From: a virus
Length of the DNA stretch: 64,000 bases
IMG/VR virus record: IMGVR_UViG_3300044712_002679
Span: 116,406 to 180,405 of that record
Strand: one strand, 5' to 3'
Shown: positions 43,519-53,294 of the stretch, one piece after another
Position numbering within the stretch: position 1 is the stretch's first letter
Layout of the letters: the number at the start of each line of letters is the position of its first letter
Notes under the pieces: generated by a model
What the model saw: the letters and a program-made list of their open reading frames with translations, nothing else
Told to the model about the DNA's origin: nothing
Databases searched by the model: none
Program-made: the position numbers and the translations under genes

Positions 43519-44823
43519 ATGTCAAAAAAATTAACAACAGAAGAATTCATTATTAAAGCCAAAGGTGTTCATGGTGATAAATATGATTATTCTAAAGTTG
43601 ATTATGTTAATAATCATATTAAAGTTACTATTATTTGTCCAATACATGGTATTTTTGAACAAACACCAAGTAATCATTTACAAGGTAAGAATTGTATTAA
43701 TTGTGGTTCTTATAATCAATCTAATACCATAAAAAATAAAAATATATCATTTGAAGAATCAAGAAATTTTGTTAGAAATCTTAATTTGAAATCGCAAAAA
43801 GAATGGAATAAATATATTAAATCAGGTAATAAACCTGATAATATTCCAAGTATGCCAAATCGAATATATAAAAATAAAGGTTGGATTAGTATGGGTGATT
43901 GGTTAGGAACTTTTACAATAGCATCATATAAAAAAATTTTTTTACCATTTGAAGAAGCAAGAATTTTTGCTAGAAATCTTAATTTAAATTCACAAAAAGA
44001 ATGGTTAAAATATCGAAAATCTGATAATAAACCTGATAATATTCCAAGTAATCCATATAGTGTATATAAAAATGATGGTTGGTTATCATGGGGTGATTGG
44101 TTAGGAACAAAAAATGATTTTAATGGATTTTTACCATTTGATGATGCTAGAAATTTTGCTAGAAATCTTAATTTAAAACCATATGATAAATGGAAAAAAT
44201 ATTGTAAATCAGGAAATAAACCTAACAATATTCCAAGTAGTCCTGATAAAGTATATAAAAATAAAGGTTGGATTGATTTTGGTGATTGGTTAGGTTATAA
44301 AAAAGATTTTTTATCATTTGAAGAAGCCAGAACTTTTGTTAGAAATCTTAATTTAAAATCACAAAAAGAATGGATTGAATATTGTAAATTAGGAAATATG
44401 TTAGATAATATACCAAGTAATCCACAACATACTTATAAAAATAAAGGTTGGATTAGTTGGGGTGATTGGTTAGGCACATTTACTATTTATAAAAACAATT
44501 TTTTACCATTTGAAGAAGCAAGAATATTCGCAAGAAATCTTAATTTAAAATACAAAAAGAAATGGATTGATTATTGTAAATATGGTAATAAACCAAATAA
44601 TATTCCATCTGATCCATATCGTACATATAAAAATAATGGATGGGTTAGTTTTGGTAATTGGTTAGGTACTGAATATTTATCGGAAGAAGAATTCCAACAA
44701 TTTATTATTGATAATTTTTCAGATGTTCATCCTGATGATATGAATAAATTTTATGAAATATGGTGGAATGATAATCAACCAATTAATTTACCAAAATATC
44801 CAAAAGAATATTATAATAAATAA
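43519..44823 (+). CDS. WGDWLG-repeat family protein 3 (1 Zn-ribbon module + 5 repeats + tail)
   Basis: As above; gene junction ATAAATAATTTATGTCAAAAAAA identical to the junction between proteins 1 and 2. Confidence 0.85.
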   Translation: MSKKLTTEEFIIKAKGVHGDKYDYSKVDYVNNHIKVTIICPIHGIFEQTPSNHLQGKNCINCGSYNQSNTIKNKNISFEESRNFVRNLNLKSQKEWNKYIKSGNKPDNIPSMPNRIYKNKGWISMGDWLGTFTIASYKKIFLPFEEARIFARNLNLNSQKEWLKYRKSDNKPDNIPSNPYSVYKNDGWLSWGDWLGTKNDFNGFLPFDDARNFARNLNLKPYDKWKKYCKSGNKPNNIPSSPDKVYKNKGWIDFGDWLGYKKDFLSFEEARTFVRNLNLKSQKEWIEYCKLGNMLDNIPSNPQHTYKNKGWISWGDWLGTFTIYKNNFLPFEEARIFARNLNLKYKKKWIDYCKYGNKPNNIPSDPYRTYKNNGWVSFGNWLGTEYLSEEEFQQFIIDNFSDVHPDDMNKFYEIWWNDNQPINLPKYPKEYYNK

Positions 44824-44877
44824 AATAAAAATTTTTTAAAAAACTTACAATAAATTTGCTTTTTCGTAATAAAAACT

Positions 44878-44885
44878 TATATTTG
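44878..44885 (+). promoter_or_regulatory. -7 promoter box TATATTTG
   Basis: 28 nt upstream of ATG 44914; a second match TAAATTTG at 44851..44858. Confidence 0.55.
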
Positions 44886-44913
44886 CACAATGTTTAATTA
44901 AAAATATAAGTTT

Positions 44914-45546
44914 ATGAAAAAGTTTTTATCATTTGAAGAAGCAAAGGCATTTGCACAAAGTTTAAATTTAAAATCCTTAAAGGATTGGAAAGATTACTGT
45001 AAATCGGGTAACAAACCTAATAATATTCCAAATGATCCGTACAGTGCATATAAAAACAACAATTGGATTTCGTGGGGTGATTGGTTGGGTACATTTAGGG
45101 TTTCGAATAGGAACAAACAGTTCATATCTTTTGAAGAAGCAAAAGAAATTATCAAAAAATTAAATTTGAAAAACCGAAAAGATTATGAAAAATATCAATC
45201 AGATATGATTGAAAAACTTAATAATGCGACTGTACCAACAAATCCAAATGTTGTATATAGTAGTTCTTGGAAAAGTTGGAATGATTTTTTGGGTATAGAA
45301 CCAAATGAATTTCTTCCATTTGAAGAAGCAAGGAATTTTGTGCGATCACTTAATTTAAAAAGTGTTCGGGATTGGGAAAAATACAGAAAACAAAAACCTG
45401 ATAATATTCCATCTTTACCAAGTAGTTATTATAAAGAAAAATGGATAAATTGGGGGGATTGGTTAGGAACAAACAATGTTGCTACTAAATACGTATCATT
45501 CGAAGATGCAAAAAATATTGTTCGTAAATTAAAAGATTCAAAATGA
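44914..45546 (+). CDS. WGDWLG-repeat family protein 4 (3 repeats + truncated 4th, no tail)
   Basis: Ends inside a repeat (YVSFEDAKNIVRKLKDSK*), ATGA overlap with the next gene. Confidence 0.8.
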   Translation: MKKFLSFEEAKAFAQSLNLKSLKDWKDYCKSGNKPNNIPNDPYSAYKNNNWISWGDWLGTFRVSNRNKQFISFEEAKEIIKKLNLKNRKDYEKYQSDMIEKLNNATVPTNPNVVYSSSWKSWNDFLGIEPNEFLPFEEARNFVRSLNLKSVRDWEKYRKQKPDNIPSLPSSYYKEKWINWGDWLGTNNVATKYVSFEDAKNIVRKLKDSK

Positions 45547-46670
45547 AAAAGGAATTTTTACCATTTGAAGAAGCAAGAACATTCGTAAGATGCCTTAATT
45601 TAAAATCTTTTAAAGATTGGAAAAAATATTGTAAATCTGGAAATAAACCTATTAATATCCCATCTTGTCCTCATGTTATATATAAAAATGATTGGATTAG
45701 TTGGGGGGATTGGATAGGAACATTTTCAGTTCATACTAAAGAATTTTTACCTTTCGAAGAAGCAAGAAATTTTGTTTATACTAAAAATTTGAAAAATCAA
45801 GCTGAATGGTGGATATATTGTAAATCTGGAAATAAACCTGATAATGTGCCGTGTTCACCTGACATAATTTATAAAAATAATGGTTGGAATGGTTGGTATG
45901 ATTGGTTTGGATATGATAAAATATCGGTTTTAAAAAATAACTTCATAATAAAAGCTAACATTGTCCATAATAATAAATTTGATTATTCAAAAGTTAATTA
46001 TATTAATGTTAAAAATAAAGTTATAATTGGATGTCCCATACATGGTGATTTTGAACAAACTATAAATGGACATTTAAATGGTAGGGGGTGTTCAAAATGT
46101 GCTAAAATTGATTATAGATCATTTGAAAATGCTAGAAATTTTGTTCATTCTTTAAATTTACAAACGAATGCGGAATGGATAATTTTTAATAAAAGCGAAA
46201 ATATGCCTAAAGATATTCCACATAACCCAAATGTTGTATATAAAGATAATGGTTGGATTAGCATAGGTGATTGGTTAGGAACAAATTCAATTGCACCACA
46301 ATATATGAAATATAGAACATTTGAAGAAGCTAAAATTTTTGCACAAAAGCAAAATTTAAAATCTAAAGATGAATGGAAAGTATTTAAAAAATCCGAAAAT
46401 TTTCCTATTGATATACCTAAAAATCCAAACGTTACATATAAAGATAATGGATGGATTTCTTGGGGTGATTTTTTAGGTACATTTACATTAGCACCAAAAA
46501 ATATATCAAAAAATTATTTATCGGAAGAAGCAGCCAAACAATTTCTTATTGCTAATTTTTCAGATGTTCATCCCGATGATATGGATGATGCTTATGAAAA
46601 ATGGTGGAATAATAATCAACCAATTAATTTACCAAAACATATAAAATTACATTATAAATTGTTTTATTAA
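45543..46670 (+). CDS. WGDWLG-repeat family protein 5 (2 repeats + Zn-ribbon module + 2 repeats + tail)
   Basis: Module order read from the translation. Confidence 0.85.
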   Translation: MKKEFLPFEEARTFVRCLNLKSFKDWKKYCKSGNKPINIPSCPHVIYKNDWISWGDWIGTFSVHTKEFLPFEEARNFVYTKNLKNQAEWWIYCKSGNKPDNVPCSPDIIYKNNGWNGWYDWFGYDKISVLKNNFIIKANIVHNNKFDYSKVNYINVKNKVIIGCPIHGDFEQTINGHLNGRGCSKCAKIDYRSFENARNFVHSLNLQTNAEWIIFNKSENMPKDIPHNPNVVYKDNGWISIGDWLGTNSIAPQYMKYRTFEEAKIFAQKQNLKSKDEWKVFKKSENFPIDIPKNPNVTYKDNGWISWGDFLGTFTLAPKNISKNYLSEEAAKQFLIANFSDVHPDDMDDAYEKWWNNNQPINLPKHIKLHYKLFY

Positions 46671-46673
46671 AAA

Positions 46674-47426
46674 ATGAAAAAGGAATTCTTATTATTTGAA
46701 GAAGCTAGAAATTTTGTTAGAAATCTTAAATTAAAATCACAAAAAGAATGGAACAAATATATTAAATCAGGAAATAAACCTGATAATATTCCAAGTGATC
46801 CATATATTGCTTATAAAGATAATGGTTGGCTTAATTGGGGTGATTGGTTAGGTACATTTACTATAAAAAATAAAGATTTTTTACCATTTGAAGAATCAAG
46901 AAATTTTGTTAGAACACTTAAATTTAACAATAGAAAAAAATGGAAATTGTATTGTAAATCTGGTAAACCTGATAATATTCCAAGTAATCCAAACGTTGTA
47001 TATAAAGATAATGGTTGGTATAATTGGGGTGATTGGTTAGGAACATATACAATTGCAACATTTAATAAAGAATATTTATCATTTTATGATGCTAAAATAT
47101 ATGTTCATACATTAAATTTAAAAACCAAAATTGAATATGTTAAATATATTAAATCTGGTAATAAACCTGATAATATTCCAAGTGATCCATATAAGGTTTA
47201 TTACGATAAAGGTTGGATTAATTGGGGTGATTGGTTAGGTACATTTACTATTTCAAATCAAAATAAACAATTATATTATTTATCAGAAGAAGAATTTCAA
47301 CAATTTATTATTGCTAATTTTTCAGATATTCATCCAGATGATATGGATGAAGCTTATAGTAATTTTTGGAATAAAAATGAACCTATAAATTTACCAAAAT
47401 ATCCAAAAATATTTTATAATCAATAA
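46674..47426 (+). CDS. WGDWLG-repeat family protein 6 (3 repeats + tail)
   Basis: Module order read from the translation. Confidence 0.85.
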   Translation: MKKEFLLFEEARNFVRNLKLKSQKEWNKYIKSGNKPDNIPSDPYIAYKDNGWLNWGDWLGTFTIKNKDFLPFEESRNFVRTLKFNNRKKWKLYCKSGKPDNIPSNPNVVYKDNGWYNWGDWLGTYTIATFNKEYLSFYDAKIYVHTLNLKTKIEYVKYIKSGNKPDNIPSDPYKVYYDKGWINWGDWLGTFTISNQNKQLYYLSEEEFQQFIIANFSDIHPDDMDEAYSNFWNKNEPINLPKYPKIFYNQ

Positions 47427-47434
47427 AAAATGTT

Positions 47435-47442
47435 TATATTTG
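47435..47442 (+). promoter_or_regulatory. -7 promoter box TATATTTG
   Basis: 15 nt upstream of ATG 47458. Confidence 0.5.
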
Positions 47443-47457
47443 TATTAAATTTATAAA

Positions 47458-50097
47458 ATGAAAAAAGTACCAAATAATGAATGGTGGTATGTTATTAAAA
47501 ATGAACAACCACCACGATTACAAAAGTTAGAATTGTTAAATAAATTGGAACATGATTTAAAATATTGTGAACCATATGAACTTCAACTAATAATTGATTC
47601 TGGCTTGATTCCAAAAGAATTTAGTGAAGTTATTAAATATGAAGCAGGATCAAGTGGTCGATTAAAAATTTTTGAAAAATTAAAAGAAAAATTTGAAGAT
47701 CCATTCTATAAAGATAATAATGAATCAGAATCAGAATCAGAATCAGAATCAAAAACAGATGAAGAAATTAATCAAAAAGATGAAATTGATGCTACAATCA
47801 CAGAAGAAAATAATGAAACTGAACCATCTTTACCATCGTTAACAATTATTCAAGATTTATATAATATTGATAATTATAATTATAATGCAGATGATGAACG
47901 TTTAGAAGCATTAATTCAATTTAAATTAAGAAAGGCTTGGAATACCGCATTAAATGATAATAATTTTATATCTTTATTAAAAGATAAAGATGGTGGTGAA
48001 AGATATAATATTATCAAACAATTGTTTTTTGATGAATATGATGAAGTTATTAAATATATACCACCTAAAGGTTACAATTTTAAAATAGAAAATAAAATAG
48101 CACCGCCATTGTTAATGCAATCATTAACCGTATATAGATTATTGAAATATAAAATATATGGTAATTGGTCTGGAACTGGTGCAGGAAAAACATTATCTTA
48201 CATATTAGCAAGTAGATCAATTGATGCTAAAATTACATTAGTTGTTGTTTTGAATTCAATTATAAAGCAAACAGTACGAGTAATAAATTCAGTATATCCT
48301 GATAGTGTTATATATACACAATATGATAAAAAATTAAAAATTGACACATCAAAAAATAATTATATCATATTGAATTATGAAAAATTTCAACAAAATTATT
48401 CTGAAGAATTATATCAACATTTAAATATTAATCATAAAATTGATTTTATTGTAATTGATGAAATTCATAATATAAAACATAGAGAAGATGGCAGAAAGCC
48501 AAAAGATGATCCAAAAGAATCAATTAGACGACAAGTTTTGAGTAGGATTATTGGTAGATCAAAAGAAAAAAATCCAAACTTATATCTTTTAGCGTTGTCA
48601 GCAACACCCATAATAAATGATATATCAGAAGCAAAATCATTATTAGAATTAATGACAGGATATTCTTATGATGATATAGGTAATAGTCCTACTATTGATA
48701 ATGGAAGAGAAATGTTTAAAGCATTATCATTAAATGGGCTAAGATATATTCCAAAATATGATATAACGATAAATGAATTAAATGGACACAATACACCCGA
48801 ATTGAATATTAATGGTGATCATTTAGCTGATCAATTATCAAATATATCATCTAAAAAAACATTAGATATTGAAAAAATTTTAATTCCTGATAAATTAAAT
48901 GCGATTAAAAAATTTTTAAAGAAAGGTACTGTCATTTATTCATATTTTAAAACTGATATTATAAATCAAGTAATATCATATGTTGAAGATTTGGGATTTA
49001 AAATCGGAACATATACAGGTGATGATGATGTTGATGATAGAGATAAAACTTTTGAAAAGTTTAAAAATGGTGAAATTGATATTCTTATTGGAACAAAACC
49101 AATTGGTACAGGATTAGATGAATTGCAAAAATGTTGTAATCAGATGATATTACTTAATTTACCTTGGACTCATGCTGAATATATTCAACTTATTGGTCGT
49201 TTGATAAGAAAAGGTAATTTATTTGAAAAAGTTGATATTATCATTCCACAAATTAAAATAAATTTAGATAATGATGTTTGGTCTTGGGATATTCAAAGGT
49301 TCAATCGCATAAAGTTCAAAAAAACATTATCAGATTTAGTTATTGATGGTATAATACCATCAGATAAAATGCCATCAATTGAAACAATGCGCAGACAAGC
49401 TATTCAAGCATTACAGAATTGGAAAGATCGAATTGCATCAGGTAATATTATTGAAATTAACAGAAAGAAATTAGAAATTGATTTATATCCAGAAATTTTA
49501 GATTATAGTCAAAAACTTGAACATATTAATTCCGAACTTCAAGATATTATAAGAAAAGCTAAAACTAGTAAATCTAGCACAACACATAAAGAATTTATTA
49601 CTAAACCCGAAAATTGGTTTAGATATCATGCATTAAGAGATGAAAGTATGAAATCCTGGTCTGAAATTCCATATGAATACATAGCCAAGAAAATAAAAAA
49701 TAAACGCCATTATGTTGCTGATTTTGGTTGTGGTGAAAACAAATTAAAAGATTTGATTCCTAAGAATAAAGTTATTTCTTTTGATCATATTGCATTTGAT
49801 GATACAGTACACGCATGTGATATGAAAGATGTTAGTGAATATATTAAAGATGAAGAACTTGACATTGCAGTATTTAGTTTAGCACTTTGGGGGATAAATT
49901 ACAAAGATTATTTGGTTGAAGCATATAGAACATTGTGTTATGGTGGGTTTATTTATATTGCAGAACCATCTAAAAAATATGATGGTGAAGATGGACAAGA
50001 AGAATTAAAAAAATTGATAGTTGAAGCAGGATTTAAGTTGGTTGGTGATATTGAAACTAGAGGAAAATTCATTTACATTACAGGAACTAAAGTATAA
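47458..50097 (+). CDS. SF2 helicase fused to a C-terminal Rrp8-like (Methyltransf_8-type) SAM methyltransferase
   Basis: Helicase: GNWSGTGAGKT (I), VIDEIHNIK (II), LALSATP (III), QLIGRLIRKG (VI). MTase: YVADFGCGENKL...VISFDHIA...VHACDM...LDIAVFSLALWGINYKDYLVEAYRTLCYGGFIYIAEP parallels eukaryotic Rrp8. Acidic (ES)x5 tract near the N-terminus. Confidence 0.8.
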   Translation: MKKVPNNEWWYVIKNEQPPRLQKLELLNKLEHDLKYCEPYELQLIIDSGLIPKEFSEVIKYEAGSSGRLKIFEKLKEKFEDPFYKDNNESESESESESKTDEEINQKDEIDATITEENNETEPSLPSLTIIQDLYNIDNYNYNADDERLEALIQFKLRKAWNTALNDNNFISLLKDKDGGERYNIIKQLFFDEYDEVIKYIPPKGYNFKIENKIAPPLLMQSLTVYRLLKYKIYGNWSGTGAGKTLSYILASRSIDAKITLVVVLNSIIKQTVRVINSVYPDSVIYTQYDKKLKIDTSKNNYIILNYEKFQQNYSEELYQHLNINHKIDFIVIDEIHNIKHREDGRKPKDDPKESIRRQVLSRIIGRSKEKNPNLYLLALSATPIINDISEAKSLLELMTGYSYDDIGNSPTIDNGREMFKALSLNGLRYIPKYDITINELNGHNTPELNINGDHLADQLSNISSKKTLDIEKILIPDKLNAIKKFLKKGTVIYSYFKTDIINQVISYVEDLGFKIGTYTGDDDVDDRDKTFEKFKNGEIDILIGTKPIGTGLDELQKCCNQMILLNLPWTHAEYIQLIGRLIRKGNLFEKVDIIIPQIKINLDNDVWSWDIQRFNRIKFKKTLSDLVIDGIIPSDKMPSIETMRRQAIQALQNWKDRIASGNIIEINRKKLEIDLYPEILDYSQKLEHINSELQDIIRKAKTSKSSTTHKEFITKPENWFRYHALRDESMKSWSEIPYEYIAKKIKNKRHYVADFGCGENKLKDLIPKNKVISFDHIAFDDTVHACDMKDVSEYIKDEELDIAVFSLALWGINYKDYLVEAYRTLCYGGFIYIAEPSKKYDGEDGQEELKKLIVEAGFKLVGDIETRGKFIYITGTKV

Positions 50098-50376
50098 ATT
50101 AAAAATATGAAAGAAGATGAAAAAAGTGTAATTGGGGATTTCACAATAAACATTGTGTTATATATTATGATATTAAAACCTGTATTAAAACTAAAACCAG
50201 GTTTTTGGGAATATCTAAAGGAATCTGATTATTTGGATAAAATATGTTATATAGAAAACGATCAAACGATTTATTTTAATTGATGGAATATATTTTAAAG
50301 AATAAATTAGTATATGTTTAGCATGTTTTAATGATATAAGAATTGCACATAATTATTTAAATGATACGAATTAAAA

Positions 50377-50694
50377 TTGGCAAAAAAGTTAAAATATGGT
50401 AGGGAAGTTGTTTGGATAAATCACAATCGAAAAAGATTTAGCAAATCTGAACGGGAATTTATATTTAAACGGGACAATTATATTTGTCAATTATGTAAAA
50501 AAGATTTATATTTGTATCCACATAAACGAATATTAGATCACAAAGTACCATTATCTCAACTTGGGTCGAATGATTTTACTAACATATGGTTATTGTGTGA
50601 TGAATGTGATAAAAATAAAAAATCAGAAATATTACCATCTGTGATTAAAGAAAGATTATTATTTTTGCAAAATAAATATGGTCACATTAAATGA
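50377..50694 (+). CDS. HNH endonuclease
   Basis: CQLCKKDL...ILDHKVPLSQLGSNDFTNIWLLCDECDKNK; TTG start as given by the track; 4-nt overlap with denV. Confidence 0.65.
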   Translation: MAKKLKYGREVVWINHNRKRFSKSEREFIFKRDNYICQLCKKDLYLYPHKRILDHKVPLSQLGSNDFTNIWLLCDECDKNKKSEILPSVIKERLLFLQNKYGHIK

Positions 50695-51119
50695 CACGAA
50701 TTAATTCATCAATTAAGCCTAGAAATCTAACAGATCAGCATTTAATAGCTGAACTTCGGGAATTACCAAGGATATTCACAGCAGTTAATAAACGTTTAAT
50801 TTTGGGAAGGTCATTTAATGATATTCCAAAGGAATTTACTTTAGGTGTTGGGCATTGTAAATTTTTCTACGATAAATTGGATTTTTTATATTTACGACAC
50901 ATAGAATTAAAAAACGAATATTTGTTAAGATTCGATAAAAAATGGAAATATGACATAGAATATTTATGTCGATTTAAATCATATATTCCGACTGACAAAG
51001 AAAGGCGAATTCTTATTGATCGTATATCACAACGAATACTAGATAGTAGTCAAATTCCAAGATATTATGGTAAATCCATATCAAAAGATGATGCAATTGA
51101 AATTTTACAAAATTGTTAA
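50691..51119 (+). CDS. denV: Pyrimidine-dimer DNA glycosylase (T4 endonuclease V family)
   Basis: MTRINSSIKPRNLTDQHLIAELRELPRIFTAV...GVGHCKFFYDKLDFLYLRHIEL closely parallels T4 DenV [31 protein letters not shown]...GAGHVTFFYDKLEFL. Confidence 0.9.
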   Translation: MTRINSSIKPRNLTDQHLIAELRELPRIFTAVNKRLILGRSFNDIPKEFTLGVGHCKFFYDKLDFLYLRHIELKNEYLLRFDKKWKYDIEYLCRFKSYIPTDKERRILIDRISQRILDSSQIPRYYGKSISKDDAIEILQNC

Positions 51120-51159
51120 ATTTTTTTGTCAATTTTTTGCATAATTAAAATATCTTATT

Positions 51160-51167
51160 TATGTTTG
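51160..51167 (+). promoter_or_regulatory. -7 promoter box TATGTTTG
   Basis: 30 nt upstream of ATG 51198. Confidence 0.45.
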
Positions 51168-51197
51168 TGTGTTATAGAAAATGTATAAAGATATATT

Positions 51198-51482
51198 ATG
51201 GAAAGAACGATAGGTGATGGTTTTTTTGTATCAAAAGATGAAAATGGTAATGATTGCAAAATTGGTGATAGTGTCATAATATCAGAACCACCTTGTAGAA
51301 TTTATAGTAGTGAACGAAATGCATATATTGAAACCGAACGTAAAAATTACGAAGGTATTTTAATGCTTAGTTTAGAAAATGGATATTATTTAAAAGGTGA
51401 TGGAATTCATTTTCAACCACCAAAACACGGAACACCAAGTATTTTTGGTGGAAAAGAACTATGGTTGTGGCGACTTAAATAA
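51198..51482 (+). CDS. Hypothetical protein
   Basis: 94-aa ORF. Confidence 0.55.
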   Translation: MERTIGDGFFVSKDENGNDCKIGDSVIISEPPCRIYSSERNAYIETERKNYEGILMLSLENGYYLKGDGIHFQPPKHGTPSIFGGKELWLWRLK

Positions 51483-51490
51483 AATAAGAT

Positions 51491-51763
51491 ATGAAAGAAT
51501 ATATTTGTTATAGAACCAAAGATTTAGAAGGTGATATTTGGTGTGAAAGAGCATTTTTATTTGAACGTGGTCAAGATGTAGAAAGATTTTTCACAAAAGA
51601 AAAAATTGCTGAATTATTTTTTGAAGGTGAGATTGAAAGTGTAAGGTCTATTGTTTTTCACAAGGTTAATCCAACTAATGAAACACCATATAACATTGAA
51701 ATAAATGGTGGTGATGTCGAAATAGTTGCAATGTTTAATGGTATTTTTATTAAATCTTTTTAA
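51491..51763 (+). CDS. Hypothetical protein
   Basis: 90-aa ORF. Confidence 0.55.
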   Translation: MKEYICYRTKDLEGDIWCERAFLFERGQDVERFFTKEKIAELFFEGEIESVRSIVFHKVNPTNETPYNIEINGGDVEIVAMFNGIFIKSF

Positions 51764-51764
51764 T

Positions 51765-52613
51765 ATGACAGTTGTCGAAAAAATTCACAATGACATTGAT
51801 TCAGCACAAATTAGACTTTTGGCTGAATGTAAAAAAAATGTTATTTCCATAGAAATGGAAGAAAAAAGTAGTGGTATTATAGAAAAAGCAGAAAGACTAA
51901 AAAAGTTAGGATTTGTTAATAATATTGAAGTTAAAAATGTCGAAAAAACATTAGAAATTTTAACATTAAGTAAAAAACAAATTGAATATTTAGAATATTT
52001 AACAAATAAGTATCCTTTTCATAAATTTATTACAATTGATGAATTTGATAAAATTTGTAAAAAATATAAATTAATTTATGCATCAGTTGATAATTATTTA
52101 AAAGAAGTTCCGAATAAAAATTTGTTAGAAATTGAAAATGGAAAACAATTAGAATCTGTTGATAAATTGGGGGTAGGGTATAAAATTGAAATCGTTAATG
52201 ATGTTGTAATTTGTGATAAATTTCTTAAAATGTTTAACCTTGATGAAAATTTTATAACAGATGATGAAGTTAAAGAATTACATTTAAAATATCGGAAATC
52301 TGAACCTAAAAATTGGTACTTTAGGGATGATTCATCTATGGTATTTTATGATGCTATGAAAGAAACTGGATTAAATTTTAATATTAAAAAATATTCGGAA
52401 ATTAATAAAAATGGATATTTTATTGCTGCACCAAAATCGCATTTTAATTTAAGGGGATTAAAATCCCAAGGATTAGGATACTTTTTAAATAAAACTTTCG
52501 AAGTAAAGGATCCAATTGTTTTTCAATATTGTAAAAATAAATTTTTGAGGATTGAAACTAAGTGGGGATTAGAAGCTGAAGATGATAATTTAATATTACC
52601 AATATCAAACTAA
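51765..52613 (+). CDS. Hypothetical protein
   Basis: Start set at ATG 51765 (just after the upstream stop) within track ORF 51726..52613. Confidence 0.6.
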   Translation: MTVVEKIHNDIDSAQIRLLAECKKNVISIEMEEKSSGIIEKAERLKKLGFVNNIEVKNVEKTLEILTLSKKQIEYLEYLTNKYPFHKFITIDEFDKICKKYKLIYASVDNYLKEVPNKNLLEIENGKQLESVDKLGVGYKIEIVNDVVICDKFLKMFNLDENFITDDEVKELHLKYRKSEPKNWYFRDDSSMVFYDAMKETGLNFNIKKYSEINKNGYFIAAPKSHFNLRGLKSQGLGYFLNKTFEVKDPIVFQYCKNKFLRIETKWGLEAEDDNLILPISN

Positions 52614-52723
52614 TGACTAAGAAGAAAATAATTTTGTATTATGTTATTATGTGTATTTTATTGCTTGTTGTAGGATTATCAATAATAATTTCAAGTTTAT
52701 TGTAATAATTGAAATAATTTTAT

Positions 52724-52731
52724 TATATTTG
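52724..52731 (+). promoter_or_regulatory. -7 promoter box TATATTTG
   Basis: 24 nt upstream of ATG 52756. Confidence 0.55.
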
Positions 52732-52755
52732 CATCGTAAATAAATACTCAAGAAT

Positions 52756-53109
52756 ATGAAAGAATATAAACTTTGGTTGAATCCAGAAAAATTTAAAGTC
52801 GTTGGATATTATCCATACACATCAGGTGTAGAAAGAAAAATATTATCACAATGTCATAATTACAAAACAGATGATCATGATTATCTTGATGATTTTTGTA
52901 ATTCTGTAAAAGATATGGCAATAGCCAAAGGTTGTGTTTGGGATAATAAGGTTGTTATCGAACTCGAACCAATATCGACAAATCATAATCACGTTAAAGC
53001 ATCCAATATTTTTGTTGGTTGTTATGATGGTCTTTGGTCAGTTGGATTGGGTGTTTGGCAAGATGTGTGGCTTGAAAAAAATGGTGCAAATAAATATTTT
53101 ACGGAATGA
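52756..53109 (+). CDS. Hypothetical protein
   Basis: 117-aa ORF. Confidence 0.6.
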   Translation: MKEYKLWLNPEKFKVVGYYPYTSGVERKILSQCHNYKTDDHDYLDDFCNSVKDMAIAKGCVWDNKVVIELEPISTNHNHVKASNIFVGCYDGLWSVGLGVWQDVWLEKNGANKYFTE

Positions 53110-53294
53110 AAAAAATACCAATTGAACTACAAATAATTTTTAAAATCCTTGGATATTGTATTTTAGGCATCCTTCTTGGGATGATATTAGTATATATTTT
53201 AGGAACATCAAAAGGTACACCACAGGAAAAGGAATGGCATTTCAGGGATAGTGTAAATAAAGCTTGGGTTTATAAACACGATAGTATAAAATAG
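53106..53294 (+). CDS. Hypothetical membrane protein
   Basis: 62-aa ORF with hydrophobic helix ILGYCILGILLGMILVYIL. Confidence 0.5.
   Translation: MKKIPIELQIIFKILGYCILGILLGMILVYILGTSKGTPQEKEWHFRDSVNKAWVYKHDSIK

Noticed and set aside
43716-44228. Minus-strand ORF 43716..44228 and other antisense ORFs (14917..15600, 4151..4591, 2503..2778, 38828..39211, 34911..35237, 22113..23030 group, 53296..53505, 53600..53848, 61154..61447).
   Set aside because: Each is fully embedded antisense in a longer ORF that has recognisable motifs or belongs to a co-oriented gene block. They are typical AT-rich spurious ORFs.
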